A program made the position numbers and the translations under genes. A DNA stretch of 64,000 nt from Eledone cirrhosa. Lineage: Eukaryota. The notes under the pieces are model-generated. The model searched no databases. It saw only the letters and a program-made list of their open reading frames with translations, and was not told the DNA's origin. The DNA lies in NCBI GenBank assembly GCA_964016885.1, contig OZ024743.1, positions 345,464,001 through 345,528,000 of the forward strand. The letters run 5' to 3'. Shown here piece after piece: positions 41,202-54,599 of this stretch (positions within the stretch are counted from its first letter, which is position 1; each line of letters opens with the position of its first letter).

Positions 41202-41312
41202 ATTATAAATTTGAAGACTAAAATCCAAAGAGGGCTCGATAAGGATAATTATGTATCAAATATATAAGAACCGTAGAGCAAATATTTATTAAAATAACAG
41301 ATTAAAGTTTAA
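41202..41312 (+). repeat. Interspersed repeat (family F); inverted copy at about 52955-53070
   Basis: ataaatttgaagactaaaatccaaagag.gctcgataaggataa..aaccgtaga..ataacagattaaagtttaa. Confidence 0.75.
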
Positions 41313-41450
41313 GCAAAGAATCGCTGCTTTCACCCTTAACGGGATCTTCTGAAACTAAAAAAAAAATCAATCTGTGAACGCAGAAGTAACTATTTCGAAA
41401 ACGTGCAACCGAAGGAAAACAGGAAGACGATACTTTGTTTCGTGAAAATG

Positions 41451-41705
41451 TTCCCTGGCAAAGAACGGAAAAAAACGAAAATAATACATTATTATTTGGA
41501 GCGATGAAAAAAATTACACGTAAAGACAAAACCACGTTTATGGTATAAATGAAGTCGTAGACTAATACTCTATTAGGTGGTTTGTGGAGACGTTCTCTGG
41601 CAATTAACGGAAAAAACGAAGATAATACGTCATGGTGTGGAGCGATGAGAACAAATACACACAAATACAAAACCACGTTTATGGTATAACTGAAGTCGTA
41701 GACTA
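41451..41705. repeat. 141-bp-period direct duplication
   Basis: ctggcaa..acggaaaaaa.cgaa.ataatac..ggagcgatga..aaaaccacgtttatggtataa.tgaagtcgtagacta twice. Confidence 0.85.
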
Positions 41706-41888
41706 AAATTTCAATAACCTCTGTAATTTATTGTAAAAGCTCTTCCCTCCATGCAACAGATGTTGTCGAAGGAAAGGCAAAGTTTATTACAGCTTCGCGT
41801 CATAGCTGTCGCGAATCATTCCTACAGCTGAGCGAACTGAACTGGAGCACTGTGAAATAAAGTTTCTTGCTCAAGGACACAACAGATT

Positions 41889-42012
<124 letters not shown>

Positions 42013-42778
42013 GAATCAAAACCTATCAAATATGTTTAGAATTTTGTGTTTCTCTTCAATAAGTAAGCTCAATGGACTTTATCTAGAGCCATATATATAT
42101 ATATACATATATGTGTGTGTGTGTGTGTGGGGGGGGGGGGTGCATATGTATGTATGTGTGTCTCAAAGAGGTTTTGCGTTATCTTATCTGTTAAGGTAAG
42201 TTAATATTGATAGGAAAGCCGAAGCCGTGCATTCCGAATTTTACATTAATAATGTATTATATTTGCTTGCAATAAATCATATGAATTATTCATTAATAAA
42301 ACTAATATATTTCGGAAAGAAAATTCGTCATATTCATAGTTTAATTGACTTATTATGCTGTTAAGCTGCATAAAAACTTCATCTTGCCTGTAAGCATGTA
42401 GGTTAGCCACATGTATTGTCTTCGACAAGGCTTTATCATCAGTTAAACCTTGAAAATAGACAGGCGACAAAACGTCGATAGAATACATTACTTTTGTTAG
42501 TAAACAAATTGTAAAGACTTATTCTATGTATCTGCATTATGCCCATATTAGTCATTCGAAAATTTCTCTCTGATAAACACACATATGCACACACACATAC
42601 ACACACAAACACACACATTATGCATGGCATAGTATACGGCGTATAAGTAATGGTACAAAACTAATTCTATCAGGTTAAAGCAAGTACAAACATACACACA
42701 CACATATACGGGTGTGTGCTTGATCACCATTTTTGATTGAGACCACCCTCCGAAACTGGTCTGAAATCCACCCTTGAT

Positions 42779-42814
<36 letters not shown>

Positions 42815-42895
42815 AGTGTGTGTGTGTGTTTTATTGCACTGAAATCGGGTGGTCCCCACTTAACAGTCAATGTTCCTTTTAACTCAGCATTTTAT

Positions 42896-42936
<41 letters not shown>

Positions 42937-42938
<2 letters not shown>

Positions 42939-44081
42939 GGCTGCGGACGTTATTTGAGGACAAATATATGGTTTTAAAAAACGGTTATATAATAACAGAA
43001 AACAAACTGTATTCTTATAAAAATAGCATAAACATAAAGCTAAATTATCAATTTAATAATTTCATTCAATAAAACCACCATAACATCAATAGCTGCCTAT
43101 ACACAGGGTCGAAATCGATTACAAGCTCGGATTAAGTGGTCCTTGTTCATACCGAACATGACTCGAATTATGGCGGCTTTCAAAGAATCTTTGGTGCTAT
43201 GGGGGTGTTCATTGACATTTTTCTCAACAGCCTAGTCCAGTGGATTGAGATCTGGAGGATTAGGAGACCAAATGTTATCATGCAAATTGTCAGCCATCCA
43301 TTCTTGTGTCATTTGAGTCTTGTGTGATGGTGCAGAATCTTGTTGAAAGACATAAGGCCTTCTATTGCATACACTGTTGATCCAAGAACCAGAATGCAGC
43401 AGCATTCACCCTAAGGCCTTGTAGAAAAAGGTGAGGAGGCATCACATGTCCTTCATTGCTAACAACACCCAAAACCATGACACTTGCAGGAAATGTTGTG
43501 TGCATTACTCTTGGAACCTCAGAAGGGTCTGCACATAGCCACCTATCATTTCTTCTGTTAGTTTTCTGGTTCTGGTCAAAGTTTTTCTCATCTGAGAAAA
43601 ACCAAATCGCACCATCTTCTGATGGATTTTTATGTTTGTTTAAAAGTATTTTGGATATGATTAAACGCTTTTCTTCTGTTTTTTTTTCTGATATGAATTG
43701 ACCTCTTCTCATTACGTAAGATTTGTATCTGATGTCTTCATGCACAACATTTCTGATTGTTTTTTCTAACGCACCAAAAATGTTTGCAATTGACCTCATT
43801 GACTTTTTAATGTTTTTTTACGTTTTGATACAGATAATACGCTTCCATCTTCTTTCTCTAACTCAGACCGAATCTTGTGGACAAAAGACCTTGCAACTTA
43901 AAGAAAACGAGAAATTTCTAAATCCCTAAGCCTCAAAGCCACAATCACAGCATGGCTTTTCATTTCATTAGTAAGCATAGTTATTTTCATTGTTATTTTC
44001 TGAAATGGAAATTCAATAAAATTTAGTCAAATAAAATAATAACTAAAAAGATATGTGTCCTCAAATACCGCCCGTACCCTG
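42937..44081 (-). mobile_element. maT/DD37D Tc1/mariner DNA transposon with both TIRs and a defective transposase
   Basis: Imperfect ~30-bp TIRs (tagg.tgcgg.cg.tatttgaggaca.atat) in TA context; WFFSDEKNF, ASVMVLGVVSNEG, YVFQQDSAPSH, SPNPPDLNPLD; deletions and stops. Confidence 0.92.
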
Positions 44082-44686
44082 TATATATATATATATAGGT
44101 TTGTTGGTTCACCACTGGATAGAATTGGTCATTCCGTATGGTCAATCTTGGTGTAATATTGTGGAGAATACTCAACACTCCAGCCTCCTGTTATTTTATA
44201 TATATATATATATGTGTGTGTGTGTAAATGAAGTAATTCCGTCGGAAAAGTCCAGGAAAAAAGAGTGCTCTATGTAGGTAACAGAGCTTAATAGTTATGT
44301 AATAAACAACATAAACAATTATTTCATTTACCAGTGGTTTCTTAAAAGCAAACAAATTTTGCTTTCAATCATCAGAATGAAAAAATCCTGGTGTATTTAT
44401 TGGCGTTGGATTTTAAAAACAAAAATATAATCTATATGAAAGTGAGGCTGGAAAAGGAAGAAGGAAAGGAAAAATAAAAACGCACATGCAAACACACACA
44501 TACACACACACAAATATATACATACACATATATATATACATACACACATACATACACAAACACATATACACACACACACACATATATGTGTACATATATC
44601 CATACACATACATATACACATACATACATACACACATACATATCAACATATCCATACATACACATACATACAAATACACAAACGTG

Positions 44687-44730
<44 letters not shown>

Positions 44731-44801
44731 GATGCATATATATATATATATATATATAAACATACATATACATACATACACACAGATACATATATATATA
44801 T

Positions 44802-44838
<37 letters not shown>

Positions 44839-45254
44839 AACATACATATACATACATATATACATACACATACATACATACATACACACAATCATACGTA
44901 TATACACACCTACATACATACACATACATACATACATATATACACGTATACATACGCATGCACAAATATAGAAATATATACACACACCTACATACTCACA
45001 CACACAAATAAATATAATAAAAAATATATAATAATAACAAATAAAAATTAATATAAAGATTATTATAGTGTTGACAGCGATACAGGCAACAAATAAATGA
45101 ACAAACACACGTGGTAAGCAATGCACACAAATGCACGTACACATACATACGTAAAAATAAATACATACACACACTTTCATACATAAATATATACAAATAC
45201 ATAAACACATACATACGCATACACATAAACATACACACACACATATACATATAT

Positions 45255-45301
<47 letters not shown>

Positions 45302-45653
45302 CATACACACATACACATACATATACATACATATCACAAACACATACATACAAATACAAACACACACATATATATGTGTGTGTAAAACTCATTCTTAGAT
45401 AATTCATATGAACCTTGTTTAACTCCAATATATATATATATATATATACATACACATATACACACATACATACATACGCACATACACATATATACCTACA
45501 CACACATATATACATACACATACGTATGCATACACACACACATACACACACACACATATATATATAACTATATATATATATATGAGAAAGAACATAAATA
45601 TTATATATATAAAAAAACCTAAATATTGTATATATAAAAAAATATTGTATATA

Positions 45654-45845
45654 TAAAAATAAAAATAAAAATAAAAATAAAAATAAAAATAAAAATAAAA
45701 ATAAAAATAAAAATAAAAATAAAAATAAAAATAAAAATAAAAATAAAAATAAAAATAAAAATAAAAATAAAAATAAAAATAAAAATAAAAATAAAAATAA
45801 AAATAAAAATAAAAATAAAAATAAAAATAAAAATGAAAATAAAAA
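45654..45845. repeat. (AAAAAT)n hexanucleotide microsatellite, about 31 units
   Basis: Direct reading. Confidence 0.95.
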
Positions 45846-46010
45846 GTTGGGAATACGACAAATAATAAATAAAAAAAATATATATTTAGAAAAGGGTATA
45901 AATGTTTATAGCAGATTTAGAGCACTCAACAAGTTCCTGGAGCAAAAGATCAATGAGAATGAGCATTAAATCACTGTATGTAATTATGCATATACATACA
46001 CCCATACATA

Positions 46011-46120
<110 letters not shown>

Positions 46121-47222
46121 AGATTTGAATGGATACAGTTTAGTTGAAAGGAATTTATTGACACGTGTTTCTATAACAGTTACATAACCTAAAACAGCTA
46201 TCTACAAACTTTTAGTTATGCAGACATTCAATATTTCAATGTTATTATTTACTGTCATTTCATCAGAATAATATTACTGAGGACCTATTTAGTTTTTATA
46301 GAGAATATTAGGAGGGAGGGGTGAAGTTGTTAGAAGAATAGTTGAAGGAGTGGTTTTTCGATAGCAGTGAGAATTCTTGGTGGCAGTGAGTAATTAGATT
46401 CCCATCTGTTGTTTTGACATTTTTTATAGAATATATTATTGGTTATTTTTCTAAATCTATAGAAGGATTAGAGATAGTAAAGATATGCGTGGTTGGTTTT
46501 GTGTTTGCACTTAATTAACATTCAGACTTAAATTTTTCTTTCAAGTGTACTATCCTTTCACCCACGCATTCACACACAAATATATTTGCACACCTCTACA
46601 AAATACATATACTCACAATTCATATATTCATACTTACATATATATACACATGCATACACATATATATACACACATGTATTCATGTACATACATACGCGCT
46701 CATGTGTATACATTTTCATACTCAACTTATCTTTATATACACACGTATAGACACACTCATATATACATACATACTCTAGTCCATGTGTACACACATACAC
46801 ATACTTACACATCCATATACACATATATACATACATATATATATATATACATACATATACACATATATATATATATATATATATACATATATATATACAT
46901 ACATATATACATACACATACATATACACACACATACATACACATATATATATAAGCACTTTAATACATGAATACACTTACATCTAACTATACACATCAAA
47001 CATATATATATATTTACTTATTTATATACATTTTCACATATATATACATACTTATGGACGTTTTTAGACACATTCATTATCGCATATTTGTACCTATTCT
47101 CATCAGCATATCTTTTCATTATTAGTATGGTAATTTAAGGTTATTAATATATGTTGAGAAGAGATTGTTTTTATATTTTTCTAACTAGATTAAGGTTTAT
47201 ATAGTTGGGGGATGTCCCTCTT

Positions 47223-47470
47223 TTATGTAATATTCGGCTTGTAGTGGGAAAAAAGGGTTTTAGTTCTGTGACGGCAGAATAATGTTCGTTCAATTCTGTT
47301 ATTCAGCAGTTTCTTCTTGTGTGTGATTATGTAATAAATCTCAAGATTACATAATTTGCAGAAATTTTGGCTCCTGGAAAAGCTTTGGGTTTTAGCTAAT
47401 TTTTCCCATTTTAGGGTAAACTTTTGGTCGCTATCCCTGAGCGTCCAAGCTTTTTCTGCTAAAGTTGTTA
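47223..47470 (-). pseudogene. PLE GIY-YIG endonuclease C-terminal fragment
   Basis: TTLAEKAWTLRD..FTLKWEKL..CKLCNLEIYYII..LLNNRIE..CRHRTK. Confidence 0.85.
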
Positions 47471-47485
47471 CATATACATATATAT

Positions 47486-47521
<36 letters not shown>

Positions 47522-47539
47522 CACAACCACAAAACCAAA

Positions 47540-48900
47540 CCATAAATACCATCACGTTTTAAATAGATCAACTGTCAAATTTTCCTACTCCACTACTAAA
47601 AATATACAACAGAATATAAGTGCCTACAACACATATAAGTGTAAAAAAAACCATAAATATACCACCAACATATCAAACCAACCATAATAATACTAAAGTA
47701 AACCTAAACCAATCACATTCTTCTTCACCTGTAATAGGTCCCGTAAACTCCACACCAACTTTGACTAACAATCTCCAAAACAAACAGAGTTCCACTAGCT
47801 CCACATCCCCTAAACTATCATCCTCCAACAACCTGTCTAACCATACTAATCTAATTACAACCTATTCTAAACCATACATTAATGAAAATAGTAACACTAA
47901 TGCCACTATAGATAAGACAATTAACTCTCCTGACTCAATATTTACGAATGGCTGTAACTGTAGAATCAAAAGAAATTGCCCATTAAAGGGAAATTGTCTT
48001 ATTAATAGCATAGTATATAAATGTGTAGTTAGAACTAAGGACTCCACTCAATCCTATAGAGGAGCTACGTCTAACCAATTTAAAGTAAGATTTAATACCC
48101 ACAAACATAGTTTTAAAAATGCCGCCTTTGCTAATACAACCTCCTTGACTGAAGCAATTAATAATTATAGAAAGAAGGATATTGATTATAACCTGACCTG
48201 GAGCGTGCTCAAAAGAGTAGATATGAGTGTAGGTTATGCTTTCAAGAACTATTTGAAATCATGAAATCTAATGATATCCTATTAAATAAGCAACATCCAT
48301 AAGAATTAATATAATTTAAACTTTGTAAGTATACCTATCAATGAATTTAATTTCCTTTTATGTATCTAGGTTCCTTAAAATTTAAACAGGAGTAGTGTTT
48401 CTCACTAACACTCTCATCCCACATAATATTCTTTTCCCTATGCTTTTAACAACATTCTTTAATAACATCAATTTTTTAGGGGGGGGGGGATCCTTCACTA
48501 TCTCATTAACTTGACCTCATTTTAAACCCTACCTTTCTCTTCCCCATTATTTTCATTCAAAGCATAAATTTACATTCCTCCACTCCTAGCATAACATTTT
48601 TACTACGGTTATTCTATCAACTTGACCTTTAACTTTTCTATTGGTCAATTCAAAACCTGTTCACAAAAGACTTTTTGTATTAATACTTTCTTTGAACATA
48701 CTTCATCATTTCTGAAGATGGCATATATAAGTAAAGGTATGTATATCTCCTCTGATAATTTGTAATATTTTTTTAACACAGATCTTTAATATGATATATA
48801 TACCAACATACACATATATATCCCAGAAACGATCGTAAAATGATGATTTTTTTAAATATAAGGAACCTGTCCTTTGTATTTATTTCATTGTTTTTATTAA
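47540..48900 (+). mobile_element. PLE fragment: linker, GIY-YIG domain, 3' UTR and pLTR
   Basis: HKYHHVLNRSTVKFSYS; CNCRIKRNCPLKGNCLINSIVYKC..SYRGATSNQFKVRFNTHKHSF; downstream hammerhead at 48704-48845. Confidence 0.88.
48704..48845 (+). ncRNA. Type-I hammerhead motif with about 100-nt loop II
   Basis: Perfect 8-bp stem I catcattt/aaatgatg; CTGAAGA 48712-18; tgg..cca closing stem II; GAAA c GATC g TA. Confidence 0.8.
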
Positions 48901-48939
48901 TTTATATATATGCATATATATATATCCACTTCCCCTATC

Positions 48940-49830
48940 ACACATACACTAGTATATATATATATATATATATATACACTCACTCACACTATTCACACAC
49001 CCTACCAGCACCACTAAAACACCCCCAAGATTCACCGTCCAACCACTTCCAGCCGCCCCCACCCCCTTGCTTCACCCAACTACTAATAATACTAACGAAC
49101 CCCACCCCTCCCCCTATGACACACGCACCCACACCCCCAACATGCACACACACACACCAGCATATATATACACTCACTCACACTATTCATGCACCCTACT
49201 ACCACCACTAACCCTCATCACACATCCACATCCGACCACTCCACCACTAATAATACTAAACACCCATCAACCCACCTTCCCCCTCACAACGCACACACGA
49301 ACACACACCAGCATGTATACACTCACCTACGCCGATACACAACCTACTCCACACCCGCACTACCACCACTAACCTCCACCCGCACACACGTGTTCGACGC
49401 CCCCACCACTAATAATACTAACACCCACTCTACCACACACACCCCAATATATCACACTCACTCATACTGTACCCAGCACCTTCTTTCTCCACCCGTACTA
49501 CCAACACCCACCCCACTTACACACATCCTACTAACACCTCCACTAATATACACACAACCTCCATACACACACCACCATCCTCTTCCTCTACCTTTCACAC
49601 TACCCTACCTCCTCTACTGTCCACCGCACCTCCGCACACACATACACACATTCCACACTCACACATACAAACCACACCTGCCAACTACCACTCGCCTGTC
49701 TGTCCCTTACCCTCTTGACTGCTATCTCCTCTCTCTCTCTCATCCTTCACCCTGCTTTCTCCACCTGCAGCCTTGACCTTCTTGACCACTTCCTGTTGCG
49801 CGCGCCCCACAACCTACTACTTCCGCCTCA
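48940..49830 (+). mobile_element. Diverged 3' UTR relic of the Neptune-type PLE
   Basis: Shares ctactaccaccactaaccctca, tgtccaccgcacctccgcaca and ccacttcctgttgcgcgcgc with 57100-57830 and 61360-62160. Confidence 0.75.
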
Positions 49831-50474
49831 CAAATTCCACGGATCCTACACCGCTGGTCACTCTCTCTGGATATCCACCCGATAACATCCGGTTTTTTCA
49901 CCATCCGGACACACAATCCCCGGAAAAAAAATATTCAGGAACACACACACACAAACACACCATTTTCGCACACACGCAACCACACATTCCCACCTACCCG
50001 CACCACACAAAAAAACACACACACACACAAACAAATTTGTTTACTAGACAACGTCAGTGAATGTCCAACATGATTGAGAAGATTGTTTTCTAATTCAGTC
50101 ACTTTCTGAATTTAATGCAAAAATCTCTGACGAGAATAACTATGACAAGAATAAAAATATAAATAGGAGGAATAATAGATGGTAGTACGCAAAGTGGAAT
50201 ATGTTAGGCCTCCCCACTGCTTTCCTCAAGCTTATATGGTTAATGCTACTGCCTATATGAAGAGACTAGTATCAGTTTTCAAGGTTTAGATCGAGAGGTG
50301 ATTGACCGAAATAATTCCCGATCGTGGTATATCTCATAGTTGGGCTTCTAATACACAAGATTTAAACCACCAAGACTGCTACCCCAGCGTGTCATTATGG
50401 AGAGAAGCATGCAATGTATGTTGAAGGTGTGTGTGTTGTTTTTTGGGTACAAATACATACATAAATCAAAATAT

Positions 50475-50590
<116 letters not shown>

Positions 50591-50805
50591 TTTATATATA
50601 TATACACATGAAGACAACTGCTTTCCTGCAGACTTGATTTAATTAAATTTATTTGATGTTTTGATGTTTTGATGCTGGAATTCTGAGTCATGGGTCACGT
50701 AATGGGGTCACTTCCTTTTTAATATCTGTGGAGTCAGTTACGAGTACACAGATAAGAGAAGTGGAATTTCATACTTGAATCTTATATGGAATAAATGAAG
50801 TATAA

Positions 50806-50909
<104 letters not shown>

Positions 50910-50997
50910 ATATTTGTGTATAGTGGTAGCTATGGCGCTTCCGTAGGCGGCATGCCAAAATTAGCACTCGATATTCATCAGAGTAGAGTGTAGATAT

Positions 50998-53070
50998 TAT
51001 CAAGAAAACGAAAAATCAGTGATGCGTCTGGACTTAGTTTATTTCGTGTTACAAATGTTTCGCCGGCATGTAGCTCGAATCATGGTCCTTGTATGGATCT
51101 GGCTGATTCTACTTCTGCGGGTTCTTTCAGACACGTCTGTTATGTCCGGAGCAAATTTTATCACTGGGGTGTTGTCATCAAAACAACCCCTCAAAAAAAC
51201 TTTTTTCCACTCTTGTCATGCCACTGGCTGTTTTTACTCCACGTTATCACAAGTTCTGGTCAGTATCTGCTGCCACACGGTTCATCAACTATTTTCTGTC
51301 CGACATTTTTCAATGGAGTCATGCTGGGTTCAGTACTTCACACGTCTGCTCACACTTCAGAGTAAGCATCTGTGCGTATATATGTATGTATGTGAATGTA
51401 TGTGTGTATGTATATATACGTGTGTATGAGCGTGTATATATATATATATATATATATATATGCAAAGTTTTATTTAAATTGTTGGGTTACAACGAGTAAA
51501 TATTTATAACTGATATAAAAGCACTCAACAAGTATTTGGAGTATATTTACGATATTAAATAAATGGAAACTATATTTATAAAACCATATTTATTTCATTA
51601 TATATATTTCAGGGATATCATATTAAAAATATGGTATGCCTTCATCAGACAAAATACAATATAAACAGTCTTATAAATAGATAGATTTGACATACCTTAC
51701 AAACTTCAACTTCCATTTAAAAAGTTGATTTGGTAGTGAAAAATGTTAGGGACAGTTATAAAAAGAAAGAAAGAAAGAAAGCGAAGAAAAAGAAGAAATG
51801 CATGCAACGAAAAACATAGAGATGGAAAGATATAGAGAGATAGATAGAGAGGAGAAATTCATGTAAAGAAAAAAACAGAGAGAGCTAGATAGAGAGAGAA
51901 AAAAACACAGAGGGAGATAGATAGAGAGAGAGAGAGAGAAGAGAGAGAGAGAAAAAATAGAGAGAGATAGATATAGATAGAGATAGAGAGAAAGAAAATA
52001 GGTAGTTGGGCACCAGTTGAATGACGTATCAATGATATATTTATTTATTTATTTATTTAGTTCTAGTATTACGGTATAGAGAGATATATGTGGTTAGGAG
52101 AGAAAACAGTCGTTACATAGAGAGAAAAGAAAAATATCCAGAGATAAACGAGGCAGATTTAAAACATTATGTTTCATCAATCTAAAAATATCAATTCGTA
52201 TGAATTAGGTATTATAATGTAAAAATCAGTATTCATGAATGAGACACGTATCAATAATGTGTGAAAAATAATGATCATATGTCTAGTTTAAAATTCCTAG
52301 GTTTATAATCCGAACTGAGTTAAAAAACTGAGATAAAAACTGAGATAAAAAACTGAGATAAAAACTGAGATAAAAAAACTGAGATAAAAAACTGAGATAA
52401 AAAAAACTGAGATATGTAACGGCTGTTTTCTCTCCTAACCACATATATCTCTCTATACCTTAATACTAGAACTAAATAAATAAATAAATATATCATTGAT
52501 ACGTCATTCAACTGGTGCCCAACTATCTCTCTCTATTTTTTCTCTCTCTTCTCTGTCTCTCTATCTATCTCCCTCTGTGTTTTTTTCTCTCTCTATCTAT
52601 CTCTCTCTGTTTTTTCTTTACATGAATTTCTTCTCTCTATCTATCTCTCTATATCTATCTCTCTCTGTTTTTCGTTGCATGCATTTCTTCTTTTTCTTCG
52701 CTTTCTTTCTTTCTTTCCTTTTATAACTGTCCCTAACATTTTTCACTACCAAATCAACTTTTTAAATTGAAGTTGAAGTTTGTAAGGTATGTCAAGTCTA
52801 TCTATTTATAAGACTGTTTATATTGTATTTTGTCTGATGAAGGTATACCATATTTTTAATATGATATCCCTGAAATATATATAATGAAATAAATATGGTT
52901 TTATAAATATAGTTTCCATTTATTTAATATCGTATATATATATATATATATATTTATTAAACTTTAATCTGTTATTGTAATAAATATTTGTTCTACGGTT
53001 CTTATATATTTGATATATATTTATCCTTATCGAGCGCTCTTTGGATTTTAGTCTTCAAATTTATTATTAT

Positions 53071-53107
<37 letters not shown>

Positions 53108-53778
53108 AATGTATAGAAGGTTGGCCGTATGTGTGTGTGCGCGCATGTGTATGTATATATGTGTACGTTTAAATATGACATGCTTACCCAATTGATTCAG
53201 AACAGTCAGAAGGCTCGTGGCGGCATGTATCAACAAGTGTGTGTGACTGGGCCTATGGGAGAGAGGGTGTGTGAGTATATATACTGCGATGTATGTATGT
53301 GGCGGTGTGGGTGTCTGAGCATGTAGACGTACGGGTGTGAATACATAGATACGTGTATGTCTGAGTATATATATGTGTGTGTTACTATGTGTTTATTCTA
53401 GTATGTGTGGGTACTTACTCTGAAGTGTGAGCTGACACTAGAGGTAACTGAACCCAGCATGACTCCATTGAAATATATCGGATGGATAATAGTTGATGAA
53501 CCGTGTGGCAGCAGATACTGACCAGAACTTGTGATGACGGAGTAAAAACAGCCAATGGCATGACAAGAGTGGAAAGAAGGTTTTTTGAGGGGTTGTTTTG
53601 ATGACAACACACCAGTGATAAAATTTGCTCCGGACATAACAGACGTATCTGAAAGAACCCGCAGAAGTAGAATCAGCCAAATCCATACAAGGACCATGAC
53701 TCGAGCCACATGCCGGCGAAACATTTGTAACACGAAATAAACTAAGTCCAGATGCATCACTGATTTTTCGTTCTCTTG

Positions 53779-53780
<2 letters not shown>
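50998..53780. repeat. Nested 2.8-kb fold-back (outer and inner inverted repeats)
   Basis: Outer arms about 50998-51366/53412-53780; inner arms about 51550-52119/52413-52933. Confidence 0.92.
52826..52891 (+). ncRNA. Type-I hammerhead motif, family C (mirror copy on minus strand at 51591-51656)
   Basis: tattttgt CTGATGA agg..cct GAAA t ATAT a TA atgaaata; 8-bp stem I with two G-U pairs. Confidence 0.78.
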
Positions 53781-53822
<42 letters not shown>

Positions 53823-53865
53823 AAAGAACACAAGAGCGTCTACAACATCAAAAGATTTTTTATTG

Positions 53866-53910
53866 GCTTACAATGTTTCTTCCTTACGTAACCGTAGGAT
53901 TCGTCAGAGC
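53866..53910 (-). ncRNA. Type-I hammerhead motif
   Basis: gct CTGACGA a tcctacg gtta cgtaagga a GAAA c att g TA agc. Confidence 0.65.
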
Positions 53911-54599
53911 TATAAAAGGGGTTTGATTGGTGTTATGGACTCTACCAACCAAACATTCAAGAACATATTCAAGAATATATATATATTAGGGTAAATATTG
54001 ATGCAATTCAATTCAAGCAATCAACGTACATTTTCCACATAGGAGTGACGGAGTAAATATCGAATAAGGAAAAGCGAAGCAGTTTCAGATGTTCAAGTCC
54101 TTTAATAATAATGCTGTGATATATATTTCCATGACGACACTGGTCACACTGTTCTGTGTGCGAGTGTCGTGACATCATCAGACAACTTGTTACTATGAAT
54201 GAAAAGATAGACTGATCAAAAGGAAGGAAAATGATGAATACACACTCAGACACAAATCCATATCTATATACATAACAACATGTGTGTGTATATGTGTGTA
54301 TGAGTATGTGTGTGTATGCGAGTGTGTGTGTTCAACATATAAAACAGGCTTAGATTCTACTTTTCTTTTTAACACCAAAATTTGTGTCATCACTCACCGT
54401 AGTTTTTTGTTATTTCATTCTATATATTTCGTGTTTTTATTTCAGCATTGTGATCTCATTTATGTAATACTTCCACAATTAATTGTCTATTTTGGGCAGT
54501 AAATTCTTCACAAATCACTGGTCTTTGATGATATGCCATGGGAATTTTGCATATATTAACCCTCTCTTATTTTGTGATTGCATCTCATATTTTCTTTAC

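Noticed and set aside
50930-50984. Minus-strand CTGATGA..GGAAGCGCCA
   Set aside because: GAAA and the UH triplet are both mutated; not counted as intact.
51019-51429. 136-aa ORF duplicated at 53398..53760
   Set aside because: No recognisable motif, and the two copies differ by a frameshift; a by-product of the inverted repeat.
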